Both the position numbers and the translations under genes were made by a program. Below, in pieces: positions 29,120 to 37,654 of a stretch of DNA of 64,000 bases. The notes beneath the pieces were generated by a model. The model saw nothing but the letters and a program-made list of their open reading frames with translations, was not told the DNA's origin and searched no databases. This stretch comes from a virus. The stretch lies in IMG/VR virus record IMGVR_UViG_3300032285_002244, positions 6,777-70,776 of that record; one strand, 5' to 3'. Each line of letters opens with the position of its first letter. Position 1 is the stretch's first letter.

Positions 29120-29546
29120 AAGAACAGAGTCAAAAGTTGATAACTACCACCAATTAGAGTGTCAAGTAACGCTTTCTGACTTAGAACAAATCGTAATCAA
29201 AGCACCTAAATACGCAGGATATAAACTTGTAAATGGAAGTTGGGTTGCCAATCAACCCGAACTTCGTAAGTATCGTGTTACAAGACTTTTTTATTCTTTA
29301 ACAGAGGATAAAGATAATCCAAATGGTGTTATCAAAATACATAGGATAGACGGCAATTACTTCAACAAAGGAAGCAATCGTATTGGTGTTAGAACCACTT
29401 GGTTAAATCCTACAAAAGAAGTTATAGAACAGTTGCCAGACTCAATTCACGATAGGGCTAGAGCCAACTTTCAAAATGTAGTAACACCATTACTACAAAG
29501 CGTGTTAGAAAAAGGGCTAGTAATAGGAGAATATACAAATGCCTAA
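29103..29546 (+). CDS. Early hypothetical protein
   Basis: GGAG RBS. Confidence 0.65.
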   Translation: MSAVIERTESKVDNYHQLECQVTLSDLEQIVIKAPKYAGYKLVNGSWVANQPELRKYRVTRLFYSLTEDKDNPNGVIKIHRIDGNYFNKGSNRIGVRTTWLNPTKEVIEQLPDSIHDRARANFQNVVTPLLQSVLEKGLVIGEYTNA

Positions 29547-30189
29547 TTGGACAAGTAATTATTTAACAGTTAGCGGAAATCCAAAACAGTTAAATAAGTT
29601 TCTTAAAGAAGTTGAACGGACTTCAACAGAAGCAGACAACCATTACTCACAAAGCAAATTGGCTTTCAATCGCATTATTCCAATGCCTGATGAACTTCTT
29701 GTAGGAGAGGCTTGGTATGGTTGGCGTAATGCGAACTGGAATACGAAGTGGGAAGCCCGTATTGATTACGAAACAACAGACCAATGGGAAAGTGGAGAAG
29801 TCTTTTTTGAGTTCTCAACCGCTTGGTCTGCGCCAATTCCTATTATTGAAAAGTTAATTACAAGTTATCCGCAATTAACTTTTAACTTTAAGTGTTGGGA
29901 AGAAAGTTACGAATTTTGGGGAGATTTTACAGGCTCTAAAGGAGAGTTAATTTGTAACTATTACGGCGAGTTTCGTAATTGTGATGATTACAACCAATTT
30001 CAACTAATTCACCACTCTTGCCAAGTATGTAACAATAGTGTTGAGTGTGATGAAGCAAATAGCACAGAGCAAGAAGTAACTTGTAATGAGTGTGATAAAG
30101 AAGTTAGCCAACACGAAAAAGAACTATGGGGGGATACAAATGAAGTTAAAGAAGCACCCGACTCAGAAACAATGTTACTTAACTCTTGA
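29539..30189 (+). CDS. DUF1281/YubB ferredoxin-like protein
   Basis: MPNW.SN.L, F..IIPMP, WY.WR..NW.TKW, F.TAWS.P. Confidence 0.75.
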   Translation: MPNWTSNYLTVSGNPKQLNKFLKEVERTSTEADNHYSQSKLAFNRIIPMPDELLVGEAWYGWRNANWNTKWEARIDYETTDQWESGEVFFEFSTAWSAPIPIIEKLITSYPQLTFNFKCWEESYEFWGDFTGSKGELICNYYGEFRNCDDYNQFQLIHHSCQVCNNSVECDEANSTEQEVTCNECDKEVSQHEKELWGDTNEVKEAPDSETMLLNS

Positions 30190-30367
30190 CGATAGGTTCA
30201 AGATAGTTAAGACAGATGAAAACAAGTGGGCGTGGTTTGAACTAGACGGCAAAGGAAACTACCACCGATACGATACAAAAGAATATAGGACAAGAAGTTG
30301 GTGTGAAATGGAAATCATAAATGCCAACGCTCAAGTAGAAACAGAGGAAGCACTATGGAACGACTAA
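30140..30367 (+). CDS. Hypothetical protein ending EEALWND
   Basis: Likely ATG at 30140 after G-rich RBS. Confidence 0.6.
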   Translation: MKLKKHPTQKQCYLTLDDRFKIVKTDENKWAWFELDGKGNYHRYDTKEYRTRSWCEMEIINANAQVETEEALWND

Positions 30368-30689
30368 ACGAACTGATTAACGGGTTGTGCGGTATTGAAG
30401 CAAAACCCAAAGATGTTGAAGCAATAAATAAAGTAATTGATTTTTTAACAACTTTACGAGAAAGAGAGAACAATAAATGACTATGAGTAGTTACTTGTAT
30501 GAGTTAATAGAACTAGAAAAGGAACAAAAACTATGGGATATGTAGAGATAGAACCTATTGGTAATCGCAAGTTAGATGTATGCGATAACTGCCAACAACA
30601 AGGTGTCTACGAAAATGGCAAGGAAATCAAAGACAGTTACGAACAAGTCGTAATGTGGTTCTGCGTTAATTGCGCTAGACGGGTTCTTA

Positions 30690-31331
30690 GTGGCAACAAG
30701 AACTAAAGTATGTATTGGGTGCTTTTACCCATTACCCCTATCAAAATTTAATAAATACGATATGGGTAAATATGGAGTAAGAGCAAGATGTAAAAAGTGT
30801 TTTGCGATACACCGCAAGGGAAGCGCAAAGCGCGTAGCAAAGCGCAAAAAATTAGAGGCTAAAGGCTTACGACCTTGCGCTGGTTGTGGCAAAGCAAAAC
30901 CCTTCTCACAATTTCAAGAAAAGACACAGGCAAATGGTAAAGAAGGTTGGGAAGGGAAATGTAAGCCTTGTGTTTCTATTCGGCAAAGACATAGCAACTT
31001 GAATAGGAATAAAGAAGCAAGACACTATGTTTTTGAGTTCTTAAAGAAGCACCCTTGTATTGATTGTGGCGAAACAAATGTATTAGCACTTGAATTCGAC
31101 CACACTCATAGCAAGAAGTTTGATATTGGTAACGCGCTAAATAGTAATGTTCATATCACGCTCTTAAAGAAAGAAATGAAAAAGTGTGTGATTAGATGTT
31201 CAAGTTGCCACAGAGTTAAAACGCATATCGAGAGAGATACTTGGAGATACCGACTCTCTTTACAAGACAAAGCAACTAATCGTAAGACTAGAAATACAAA
31301 GCAATTCAAAGCCTTAAAGAAGGTTAGTTAA
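30690..31331 (+). CDS. HNH-type endonuclease (paralog of 12708..13184)
   Basis: HPCIDCGETNVLALEFDH...IRCSSCHR; duplicated N-terminal CxxC modules. Confidence 0.8.
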   Translation: MATRTKVCIGCFYPLPLSKFNKYDMGKYGVRARCKKCFAIHRKGSAKRVAKRKKLEAKGLRPCAGCGKAKPFSQFQEKTQANGKEGWEGKCKPCVSIRQRHSNLNRNKEARHYVFEFLKKHPCIDCGETNVLALEFDHTHSKKFDIGNALNSNVHITLLKKEMKKCVIRCSSCHRVKTHIERDTWRYRLSLQDKATNRKTRNTKQFKALKKVS

Positions 31332-31344
31332 ACTTCTTTATCAT

Positions 31345-31382
31345 AGGGGCAGGTAGCCAATCGGCTATCTGCCCCTTTTTTT
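31345..31382 (+). terminator. Rho-independent terminator ending the early operon
   Basis: AGGGGCAGGTAGCC-AATC-GGCTATCTGCCCCT followed by T-run. Confidence 0.85.
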
Positions 31383-31449
31383 ATGCCTTTTTTGTAAGTT
31401 ACTCGCCAGTAGGGTATTGTGTGGTCTAGTTCACACAGGGGGGTCTGAT

Positions 31450-32763
31450 ATGGCGTATGTAATTAAGCGTGGAAATCGCTACACAGGCTATTACCGAGCA
31501 GAGGGCAAAGCCAAATCGGTAGGCACTTTCGATAGCAGGTCTAAAGCCTTGTCTGCGGGTCTTATGGCAGAGGAAGGCGTATTCAATGCCCTGCCCGAAC
31601 AACAGGACACCCTTGCCACATATACCCAAAACTTAATACTTAGAACAGATGTTCGACTAAGCACAAAGCGACATTATTTAATCCTCTTAAAGAAGTATGC
31701 CCTACCCAAATTAGGTAACAAAAAGTTATCAACCATAAAGAAGCAAGATATACGGCAGTTACTAGCCGAACTCCAAAGCGAAGGCGCAAGCCTATCCACT
31801 CTCTCACACCTCAAAACGGCATTAGGTTATCTATTTAGACAAGCCGTAGATGATGAGGTAATCCCAACCAACCCAACTCACAATATCAAGACCAAAGTTC
31901 CTAAGCCAGACCCCACTTACACCCTTGACCCTAAAGACTTTCATAAAGTCTTAAAGAAGTTACCCACAGACGGGGCTAAATTGTTTGCCAGATTTCTTAT
32001 AGGTTCGGGTTGTCGCTATGGCGAAGCAACAGAACTACGCGTTAAAGACATTAACTTTAACTCTAAAGAAGTTTATATTGTAAGAACAGTAAGTGATGTT
32101 GGTAGAAAGTTAAACAATGGAGAAAGATTCCAAGTAGTATCCGCCACAAAAAATGGACACAAGCGCACAGTAGTCCTATCGGCGGCACTCATAGCAGAGC
32201 TTCGAGCTTTTGTAACAGCAAAAGCCTTATCAAAAGAAGAGTTAATCTTCTCTAAGCACTTAGTCTTAGAAGAAGATAAACTAGGAAGCCCTAGTGAAAG
32301 CCAAAAGCCATACACGAAGGGAAGCAAGACCTTTAGCCACGCTACGGCATATTCGTATAATGTAGGTGGTTGTAGGTGTAGCCAATGTAAGGAAGCGGTA
32401 AAGGATTACCGCAATCAATACAGAAAGGACAAAGCGAAGGCAAAAGTAGAAAGCCATAGCAGAAGCCATAGCAGAAGCCTTACCAAAAGCCAAAGCCATA
32501 GCAAAAGCAATGATTATCTACCCCGTGACAGGTGGCGAGCCACTTGGAACAAAGCCATAGAACAGTCAGGTATTGGTTGGTATCCAAAAACGCACGACCT
32601 TAGACACGCCAATGCGACTCTACTTCTAACAAAGGGAGTTGATGTGAATGAGGTTAAAGAGCGATTAGGACATCAGTCAATCACAACGACGGAGAGGTAT
32701 TTACACCGAATCCGTCACCAGCAATCAAAGGCTGCCGAGGTAGCCAATGATTATTTGGAGTAG
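31450..32763 (+). CDS. int: Tyrosine recombinase/integrase with Zn-binding insertion
   Basis: GCRYGEA, TKNG, HDLRH, LGH, TERY catalytic set; start MAYVIKRG at 31450. Confidence 0.88.
   Translation: MAYVIKRGNRYTGYYRAEGKAKSVGTFDSRSKALSAGLMAEEGVFNALPEQQDTLATYTQNLILRTDVRLSTKRHYLILLKKYALPKLGNKKLSTIKKQDIRQLLAELQSEGASLSTLSHLKTALGYLFRQAVDDEVIPTNPTHNIKTKVPKPDPTYTLDPKDFHKVLKKLPTDGAKLFARFLIGSGCRYGEATELRVKDINFNSKEVYIVRTVSDVGRKLNNGERFQVVSATKNGHKRTVVLSAALIAELRAFVTAKALSKEELIFSKHLVLEEDKLGSPSESQKPYTKGSKTFSHATAYSYNVGGCRCSQCKEAVKDYRNQYRKDKAKAKVESHSRSHSRSLTKSQSHSKSNDYLPRDRWRATWNKAIEQSGIGWYPKTHDLRHANATLLLTKGVDVNEVKERLGHQSITTTERYLHRIRHQQSKAAEVANDYLE
32451..32510 (+). repeat. 12-bp AAGCCATAGCAG-type tandem repeat (array 1)
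   Basis: Units at 32451, 32463, 32475, 32493. Confidence 0.75.
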
Positions 32764-33389
32764 TGAAAGATATGAAACTAACAAAAAGAGGAAAAGTAGT
32801 CTTTGGAACGTTATTTTTGGTAGCGTTTTTGGCAAGCGAGTTGGTTTTAGGAATTCCAAAAGCCTTCTCTCCTACCAAAGCCGAAGCACTAGTAATCCAC
32901 AAACAAGCAATAATGCACACGCTAGATAAGTATAAAAACGCAGACCAACTCAACGACAGCCAGTTGATTGAGTTACTAGGCGCAGTTGGCTTCAAAGGCA
33001 AAGCCTTAGAAGAAGCGTGGGCAATATCAAAGAAAGAATCACATGGTAGCCCTCTAGCCCATAATGGGAACCGAAAGACAGGAGATAACTCTTATGGGTT
33101 ATTTCAAGTCAATATGTTGGACTCCCTAGGCGTAGACAGAAGGGAACAATTCGGTTTAGCGTCTAACGCTGAACTGCTAAACCCTGTGGTCAATGCCCAA
33201 ATCGCTTATTACATGAGCGAAGGTGGCAAAGATTGGAGTGCGTGGAAAGGAGCACACCAAGCAGTAGTAAAGGCTTGGTTAAAGAAGTATCCTCACAAAA
33301 CGACAACCACAAAGGCGCACAAAGCAAAGGTGAAAGCCAAAGCAAAAGCAAAAGCCGTAGCAAAAGCAAAGCCTACGCAGAAGCAATAG
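32763..33389 (+). CDS. Membrane-anchored lytic transglycosylase (SLT-like)
   Basis: N-terminal TM; AISKKES, SYGLFQVN, NPVVNA.IA, WSAW; AK-rich tail. Confidence 0.85.
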   Translation: MKDMKLTKRGKVVFGTLFLVAFLASELVLGIPKAFSPTKAEALVIHKQAIMHTLDKYKNADQLNDSQLIELLGAVGFKGKALEEAWAISKKESHGSPLAHNGNRKTGDNSYGLFQVNMLDSLGVDRREQFGLASNAELLNPVVNAQIAYYMSEGGKDWSAWKGAHQAVVKAWLKKYPHKTTTTKAHKAKVKAKAKAKAVAKAKPTQKQ

Positions 33390-33404
33390 CAGAAGCGATA
33401 GCAA
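33334..33404 (+). repeat. 12-bp AAGCNNTAGCAR-type tandem repeat (array 2)
   Basis: Units at 33352, 33369, 33381, 33393; continue past the stop codon. Confidence 0.7.
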
Positions 33405-33439
33405 AAGACCCCCTAGCCATTTTGGTTAGGGGGTCTTTT
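33403..33439. terminator. Bidirectional terminator between convergent operons
   Basis: AAAAGACCCCCTAGCCA-loop-TGGTTAGGGGGTCTTTT. Confidence 0.85.
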
Positions 33440-33454
33440 ATTGTTCTTTATAAG

Positions 33455-35470
33455 TTATTGGTTATCTTTAATGAGCTTTACTTCACAAGCATCGGTGGTG
33501 CAGTAAGCCTCACCAATAGCGTCTGAGGCCATACCAGCATAAACACCACTAAAGTCTATTGGGAAGAGTTGCATTGTGTAACCCTCATATTCTTCAGCAG
33601 TAATCTGAGTGTAAGGCATTTGAGGATAAACTTGGTTACCCATAGGTAAGAAACTAATCGTCTTTAACTGACCGTCATACATGTGTAAGACTGATTCAAT
33701 ATCGTCTGCTTCCTTCTCAGCATCAAAAGTAACAGTTACTGATACAGAGTTATCTGACCAGTATCTCTGAGCAGCAGCCGCTAGTGCTACCTTCTCATAG
33801 ATAGTTACTTCCTTCTCTGCTCTTTTAGCATTAGTCTCTACAGGGAAAAATACAACACTCGTAGTTTCGGGCGATTCTGCTGCAGGTTCGATTCTATATT
33901 GCGCCATTTGAAATAGCGGAAGCATTGGGTCGTTGTTAGCAAAACGGATAGCACGAAGAAAGTGTTTACCACCAGAAGCCCAGTGAACTCCAGGAGATTC
34001 ACCAGCAAGGATTGAAACAGTTCCTGATGGCTTCACAGTTGTAGTCTTTATAGACTCACGGATACCAAGCCATTCTGAGTAGTTGATGTCGTGGGCTTTA
34101 ATGACTTTGTAACCTTCATCCATCCAAGTGCGAAGTTCAGACCAACCGTTATTGTCAGCAAAGTTAGCAACACCAGAGATTGAAGTTCCAATACGGCGAT
34201 TGCGTTGCATGATTGCGTTGGTCTCTTGCCAATGAGTTGGAATAAGAGTTACGGTCTTTGCGTAAAGGTAAGCAAATTTCAAAGTGCGTTTGAAGTCATC
34301 TATGTTGTCATGGCGATTCAAGTAAGTCTCTACCAGTGTGCAACATTCGTATGATTCCAAAGATTGTTCTGCACAAGGGTTGTACCCAGCAATACGCCAA
34401 TCTTTGTTATTGATTGGGTCAGCAAGACGACCATATTGACGAGACACATCCATCCAAATAACTCCAGGCTCACCGTTGCGGGCAATACCATCGATGATTG
34501 GTGACAGGTCTTGTCCGACAGATACCTCAACAGAGTTGTTAGACATCCAACCATGTGCCATACGTTCAGGATACTTCTCATAGTTCTTTAGGTTTAGAAA
34601 GTCTTCGTCATCCAAACGACCCATAAGTAGTTCTGCTGAACGACGAACGTTTCCTGATACAACACAGACACCAATCATGTTTCCAATGTCAGCAATATCT
34701 CTGCGGGTCAGCTTCTTACCAGCACGACCAGCAAACATCTGACAGAGGTATTGGTGTAACTTCTCTAACGGCTCATGTCCTGCTGCGGTTCCACCAAAGG
34801 TTTTAATTGGCGTACCTGCTGGGCGGATTTCTTTGTAATCAAATACTGGAGCCTTGCAATCTGGCTTGAGGAAGGCATTGATGAGGGTCGCTGTTGATTC
34901 GACCCACCCTTCGCGGGTGTCGGGGATGACATAGGTTTCTCCTTGTTGTGGTTCGTAAATAGTGAAGTCTTTATCGGCACCCTTATCGTCAAAGCCAACG
35001 CCTACCCCAAGCATTGAGGCTTCCATTAGAAAAGCGAATGGTTTGGCAGGGTCTGTCTTGTTCATAGAGCCCGTTGATACAAAGGCACAGTTCTGCAATG
35101 CTGCGGAATTACGTTGTTCGTTTACTAGTGGAGTTCCCATAACCCATAGGCCTCTTCCAGGTGGAGTCCACTTCAAGTTAAAAAGACGGTCAAAAGCTTC
35201 TTTAGCAGAAGCGGCGGCTTTAGCATCTGACCATGGAAGACGGTTTAATTTTGCGTGGTCTTTCTGCAATGAGTACATACCGTTGATGACTCGTTGGCAA
35301 ACGTCTACCCAAGTTTCTTTAGTACCATCTGCCTTCAACCGAGAATAGGTTCTTAAAAAAGTAATTTCACCAACAGAGTTACCTGCGGCATCTTGATAAC
35401 CAAATGGGGCCTTCTTCCCCTTGTAAGAGTCCACAAACTCAGTTGCTAATTCGAATGAAAACAATCCCAT
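33455..35470 (-). CDS. nrdJ: Class II (B12-dependent, monomeric RTPR-type) ribonucleotide reductase
   Basis: PPGRGLW, ALQNCAF, GNVRRSAE, NPCAEQ.L, TVKPSGT, C-terminal CTTDAC. Confidence 0.93.
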   Translation of the reverse strand: MGLFSFELATEFVDSYKGKKAPFGYQDAAGNSVGEITFLRTYSRLKADGTKETWVDVCQRVINGMYSLQKDHAKLNRLPWSDAKAAASAKEAFDRLFNLKWTPPGRGLWVMGTPLVNEQRNSAALQNCAFVSTGSMNKTDPAKPFAFLMEASMLGVGVGFDDKGADKDFTIYEPQQGETYVIPDTREGWVESTATLINAFLKPDCKAPVFDYKEIRPAGTPIKTFGGTAAGHEPLEKLHQYLCQMFAGRAGKKLTRRDIADIGNMIGVCVVSGNVRRSAELLMGRLDDEDFLNLKNYEKYPERMAHGWMSNNSVEVSVGQDLSPIIDGIARNGEPGVIWMDVSRQYGRLADPINNKDWRIAGYNPCAEQSLESYECCTLVETYLNRHDNIDDFKRTLKFAYLYAKTVTLIPTHWQETNAIMQRNRRIGTSISGVANFADNNGWSELRTWMDEGYKVIKAHDINYSEWLGIRESIKTTTVKPSGTVSILAGESPGVHWASGGKHFLRAIRFANNDPMLPLFQMAQYRIEPAAESPETTSVVFFPVETNAKRAEKEVTIYEKVALAAAAQRYWSDNSVSVTVTFDAEKEADDIESVLHMYDGQLKTISFLPMGNQVYPQMPYTQITAEEYEGYTMQLFPIDFSGVYAGMASDAIGEAYCTTDACEVKLIKDNQ

Positions 35471-35653
35471 TTATACTCACCATTTCTATGTTTAATTAAA
35501 TACCCCTCAATAGGAGGACCTATTGTGATGGGCGGAAACCTATCATGCACTTGTTAACTTTGTTTACTTAGAAGTCATGGTAAGACAGGCTAAACTACAC
35601 TCCACCTTCTACCACCTTGTTCCACTCCCCTCCCTTTGATGTTATCAGATAAC

Positions 35654-37159
35654 TTATTCCTCTATAGAGGATTGAATAATCTTAGTAACCGTATCTTCTT
35701 TTAGGGTTTCAGGAAGTTCTTTCAAAGCTTGAGCTCTGTCTCCAAAGATAGCAGAAAGGACTCCACCTGAAGATTGCCTCTGAGCTGTAATCTGAATGAA
35801 CTCTTTGTCTGAGTTCATATCGTTAACTTCTTTAACCATTTTGATAAGGCGGTCAACTTCTTGAGACACGTTAGGGTCTGCATAACCACCATTCATTTCT
35901 TCAGCAAAACGCATAAAAGCAACTCTTTGGCCCTGCATTTCAATCATTGAAACCATAAGAGCCTTCAGTTGGTCTTTAGTTTTTACTTCAATTGGAAGAT
36001 TAAAAGCACACGTATTTTGAGGTTTGAATGCGGGACAGTTCGCAGCTACAAAGCATGTATCACATTGTCTTAAAGAAGATTGTTGGGTGTGAACAACGGG
36101 TACATCTTTGAGTACGTCCTTTCCGTTGTCATCTGTATCTACTATGGTCTTCATCTTGTAACCAAAAACAGGTAAGTTTTGTACCTCTGAAGGGTCTCTT
36201 TGGACTAGTTCAGTGGGCTCATTTTTCCGTATCTCGACCTCACTGTTATCAGAAAGGTACCCCCCTAATTCCCCTAAACCTGATAGTAATGGGGTATCGC
36301 TGTTATCAGATACTTTGGGTTCTTTACCACCGTTGATGATGTGAAAGTTAGGGCTTTTCTTGTCCATAGATTCCTCTAATCGCTTGTATGACCAGACCGC
36401 TACCCTAGTTGCTTCTAGGGTACTATCTTGGCTAAACGCCAAATAGTCTAGTCCTGCTTTTTCCACTACGGACTTGTAGCGGGGTCTTGCTTGGTCTTTC
36501 ATTCTCTTAGGGTAACGCTTTATTTGCGACCCATCCCAAACGATTGTCTCTCCTCTACGCATAGGGGATAACCACGACAATGTGCTTGCAGTGGCAAATG
36601 GTATCTGTCTAAGGTTGTCAGGCTTGGCACATCCAAGAGCGTGGTAACGGGTTCCGTATTGTCTCTCATAGGCTCTTGTAAGGGCTGAGAGGTTGGTTAG
36701 AGCCTCTATCTCGGCGTTGGGTATAACGACGTTCTGATGGGCTTCAGACATGGCTTTGAGGGCGGGTAACCCGTACTCTTGATGCCAGACTACCCACAGT
36801 TTAGGGTCGTTACTGAAAAAAGGTCTTTGTTCTTTTATCCAGTCTTCGCCCAAAATTTGAGAGTCAAACTCTAGAAAGGCTGAAGCTCGTTCAGCGTTGT
36901 CTACAAGAAACTCTTGGTAATCAGCGGCTAAAGAAGTTAACTCTTCTTTAGACAGTCCAGCCTTGTCTGCCTGCTGTGCTCCAGACTCTATGACGACTAA
37001 AGTGTCTGAGTCAAAATGGTCAGAGATTAGCCACTTCTTTGTTTTGGGCAATCCACGTTTACGGAGGCCCCAATAATTGAGTCCCATTGACTCAACTTTC
37101 ATGCCTTCTAGAAGGGTGCGGTTAGACCCTACTTCAACACCGCTAAATATGATGCGCAT
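35654..37159 (-). CDS. TGT/DpdA-like domain (apparently degenerate) fused to Cys-rich C-terminal domain
   Basis: VIESGA (cf. DSG), EFD, YHALG, PFATASTLSW (cf. SVDSTSW); CDTC....NCP....C. Confidence 0.5.
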   Translation of the reverse strand: MRIIFSGVEVGSNRTLLEGMKVESMGLNYWGLRKRGLPKTKKWLISDHFDSDTLVVIESGAQQADKAGLSKEELTSLAADYQEFLVDNAERASAFLEFDSQILGEDWIKEQRPFFSNDPKLWVVWHQEYGLPALKAMSEAHQNVVIPNAEIEALTNLSALTRAYERQYGTRYHALGCAKPDNLRQIPFATASTLSWLSPMRRGETIVWDGSQIKRYPKRMKDQARPRYKSVVEKAGLDYLAFSQDSTLEATRVAVWSYKRLEESMDKKSPNFHIINGGKEPKVSDNSDTPLLSGLGELGGYLSDNSEVEIRKNEPTELVQRDPSEVQNLPVFGYKMKTIVDTDDNGKDVLKDVPVVHTQQSSLRQCDTCFVAANCPAFKPQNTCAFNLPIEVKTKDQLKALMVSMIEMQGQRVAFMRFAEEMNGGYADPNVSQEVDRLIKMVKEVNDMNSDKEFIQITAQRQSSGGVLSAIFGDRAQALKELPETLKEDTVTKIIQSSIEE

Positions 37160-37644
37160 TAGTCAGACCAAAACTCTAATTCATCTGACCCGTATGCCTT
37201 TGATTTGGCTATGTTTACTCTTGTAACGGCTTCTTCAATCTCAGACCATGCTCTAATCTTCTTTGGGGCATCTGGACGATTTTCTACCCGTGCATAAGAA
37301 GGATGGGTAAACAATAAAGAAGGTACGTTTTGTATTTCGAATGCCCAACTAACCATAGCTGGGTCTGCATCTACATACAGCTCAATTGGGGCCCTGGAAC
37401 GAGATACAACAAATTGTCTCTTCTTTAAGTCCTCACCTTCAAGGGCAAAAGAAGAATCAATAAGGTCATCATAGTTAATAATGCCATGGGACTGAAGCCA
37501 ATGTTCTGCATCCGCTTTATCTCTGGATGTAGCAATGGCTACTCTGTTGTTGATGTTTAGCGCGTAATAAATGGCTACGCCTGCTCGGATTGGTTCTCCT
37601 GAGTCCGAACTGAGTACGCCGTCTAATGTTAGTAGTATGTTCAA
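37159..37644 (-). CDS. HAD-like protein with first Asp replaced
   Basis: LLTLDGVL, ATSR, WLQSHG, YVDADP. Confidence 0.6.
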   Translation of the reverse strand: MNILLTLDGVLSSDSGEPIRAGVAIYYALNINNRVAIATSRDKADAEHWLQSHGIINYDDLIDSSFALEGEDLKKRQFVVSRSRAPIELYVDADPAMVSWAFEIQNVPSLLFTHPSYARVENRPDAPKKIRAWSEIEEAVTRVNIAKSKAYGSDELEFWSD

Positions 37645-37654
37645 GTATTATTCC

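Noticed and set aside
20505-33400. Plus-strand block as an inserted mobile element or assembly chimera
   Set aside because: No att or terminal repeats seen; shares an HNH paralog and LW-motif proteins with the rest; right boundary is graded. Not fully excluded without read mapping
35654-37159. Active dpdA and a 7-deazaguanine DNA-modification pathway
   Set aside because: Catalytic Asp motifs appear substituted and no folE/queC/queD/queE in the window; kept only as TGT-like
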